Part shown: in pieces, positions 63,180 through 64,000 of the stretch | How positions within the stretch are numbered: position 1 is the stretch's first letter | Layout of the letters: the number at the start of each line of letters is the position of its first letter | Origin: a virus | Taxonomy: Duplodnaviria > Caudoviricetes | Length of the DNA: 64,000 bases | Strand: one strand, 5' to 3' | IMG/VR virus record: IMGVR_UViG_3300021399_000147 | Coordinates: 8,894-72,893 of that record | Made by a program: the position numbers and the translations under genes | Notes under the pieces: model-generated | What the model saw: only the letters and a program-made list of their open reading frames with translations | Database searches by the model: none | What the model was told of the DNA's origin: nothing

Positions 63180-64000
63180 ATGAAAGATACTAATTTCTTT
63201 TGTGTCCAAGCTTGGATGGTTACAAAGTTAAATTTAAAGGGCGCAGAGCGTGATATATACGCTATTCTATATGGATTCACACAAGATAATGAAAGTGAGT
63301 GTAAATGTAGTTACACATATATGTCCACTATAACAGGATATACAAAAAGAGCAATAATGGATGCAATGGACAGACTATTAGCTAAAAATTATATAGTAAA
63401 ATCTGGCTCAGACTCAGATAAAGATATGAGAAATATCTATAAATGCAACTTTGATTTCATTGATGGAATATTAAGAGGGGGTGAAATAACTTCACCACTA
63501 GGGGGTGAAATAACTTCACCACTAGGGGGTGAAATAACTTCACTACATAATATAAATAATAAAAATAAATCCTATAATAAAAGCACCGGAGCCGGTGCTC
63601 TTTCTAAAAATCATTCTCAGGTCTATAAGAAAAGAGAAACTCTAAATGATGATTTAGAGAGTGGAAAAGATATAGATAAACAAAAGTCTGATAAAAGAAA
63701 ATCTCCTAAAGAAAAGTTTAAAGATGAGTGTTATAGTCTGATAGATAGTTTTGTTACAGACAATCATCTTGATTATGCAGTCCACGATTTACTTATAGAA
63801 TATTTTGATTTTATCTCAGATATTAAACAAGCTGATGGAGATAATAAACAAAAGGTTGTTAAAAATACTAGCACATGGGAAAAGAAGCTCAATAATCAAT
63901 TGTTAAAGCTCATTGAAAATGGATATAACCCTATTGATATTATTAGACAAAGTTTAGATAAAAAATATTATAAGTTTGTACCACTAGAATCTAGCAGTAA
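63180..64000 (+). CDS. Replication initiator / replisome organiser (truncated at window end)
   Basis: Manual translation MKDTNFFCVQAWMVTKLNLKGAERDIYAILYGFTQD..winged HTH..LLAKNYIVK, internal iteron repeats; GGAGGAG RBS. Confidence 0.8.
   Translation, partial: MKDTNFFCVQAWMVTKLNLKGAERDIYAILYGFTQDNESECKCSYTYMSTITGYTKRAIMDAMDRLLAKNYIVKSGSDSDKDMRNIYKCNFDFIDGILRGGEITSPLGGEITSPLGGEITSLHNINNKNKSYNKSTGAGALSKNHSQVYKKRETLNDDLESGKDIDKQKSDKRKSPKEKFKDECYSLIDSFVTDNHLDYAVHDLLIEYFDFISDIKQADGDNKQKVVKNTSTWEKKLNNQLLKLIENGYNPIDIIRQSLDKKYYKFVPLESSS
63477..63545 (+). repeat. Iterons (replication origin) inside the initiator gene
   Basis: GGGGGTGAAATAACTTCACCACTA twice plus a 21-bp partial copy; internal inverted repeat GGTGAA/TTCACC. 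Confidence 0.85.

Larger units (their letters stand above)
1..64000 (+). mobile_element. Tailed bacteriophage genome segment (siphovirus-like, Firmicutes host inferred)
   Basis: Terminase, portal, scaffold, capsid, tail, tape measure, holin and endolysin in canonical order; dense unidirectional small ORFs; AGGAG-type RBS; no host housekeeping context. Confidence 0.97.

Noticed and set aside
4104-63280. Numerous minus-strand ORFs in the ORF track (e.g. 4104..4604, 42784..43290, 46612..47190, 63005..63280)
   Set aside because: They overlap confident + strand genes or structured leaders, lack RBS and show no recognisable motifs
63477-63545. CRISPR array
   Set aside because: Repeats are directly adjacent with no spacers and lie in frame inside a gene; they fit iterons
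1-64000. Stop-codon reassignment (alternative genetic code)
   Set aside because: Standard code gives full-length conserved genes and high coding density; TAA, TAG and TGA all terminate genes normally
1-64000. tRNA or rRNA genes
   Set aside because: No convincing cloverleaf with a T-loop GTTCRAATC plus D-arm was seen by eye; tRNAscan-SE would be needed to exclude them fully

Overview
This 64-kb window is part of a tailed dsDNA phage genome (siphovirus with an SPP1/A118-like head-tail module). RBS and promoter style suggest a low-GC Firmicute, probably Clostridia, host. Essentially all real genes lie on the + strand. Order: putative DNA-modifying glycosyltransferase operon, beta clamp, Cas4-like nuclease, RecU and RecA (1-5.7 kb); mosaic small ORFs with a SleB-like hydrolase, an HNH cassette and a complete bacterial-type clamp loader, dnaX/holB/holA (5.7-20.8 kb); an array of small genes behind about 14 copies of one promoter-plus-leader module (17.6-30.7 kb); a 1.4-kb island almost free of GG/CC dinucleotides that ends at a perfect parS site (30.9-32.35 kb); packaging, head, tail and lysis genes (32.6-56.3 kb); a low-complexity/Cys-rich module of unknown function (56.3-59.9 kb); and an SNF2 helicase plus a replication initiator with iterons (60-64 kb). 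The main candidate new system is a ~95-nt non-coding RNA at 62850-62944 with its own promoter and terminator. Its unpaired middle is complementary to both conserved blocks (AACACAC and TTGAAAGGA/Shine-Dalgarno) of the leader shared by the cassette genes. It also matches 13+10 nt perfectly to the leader of the first gene of the GG/CC-free island, which suggests a phage trans-acting sRNA controlling an early regulon. No tRNA, rRNA, CRISPR array, integrase or reverse transcriptase was recognised. All calls are by eye, without database searches.
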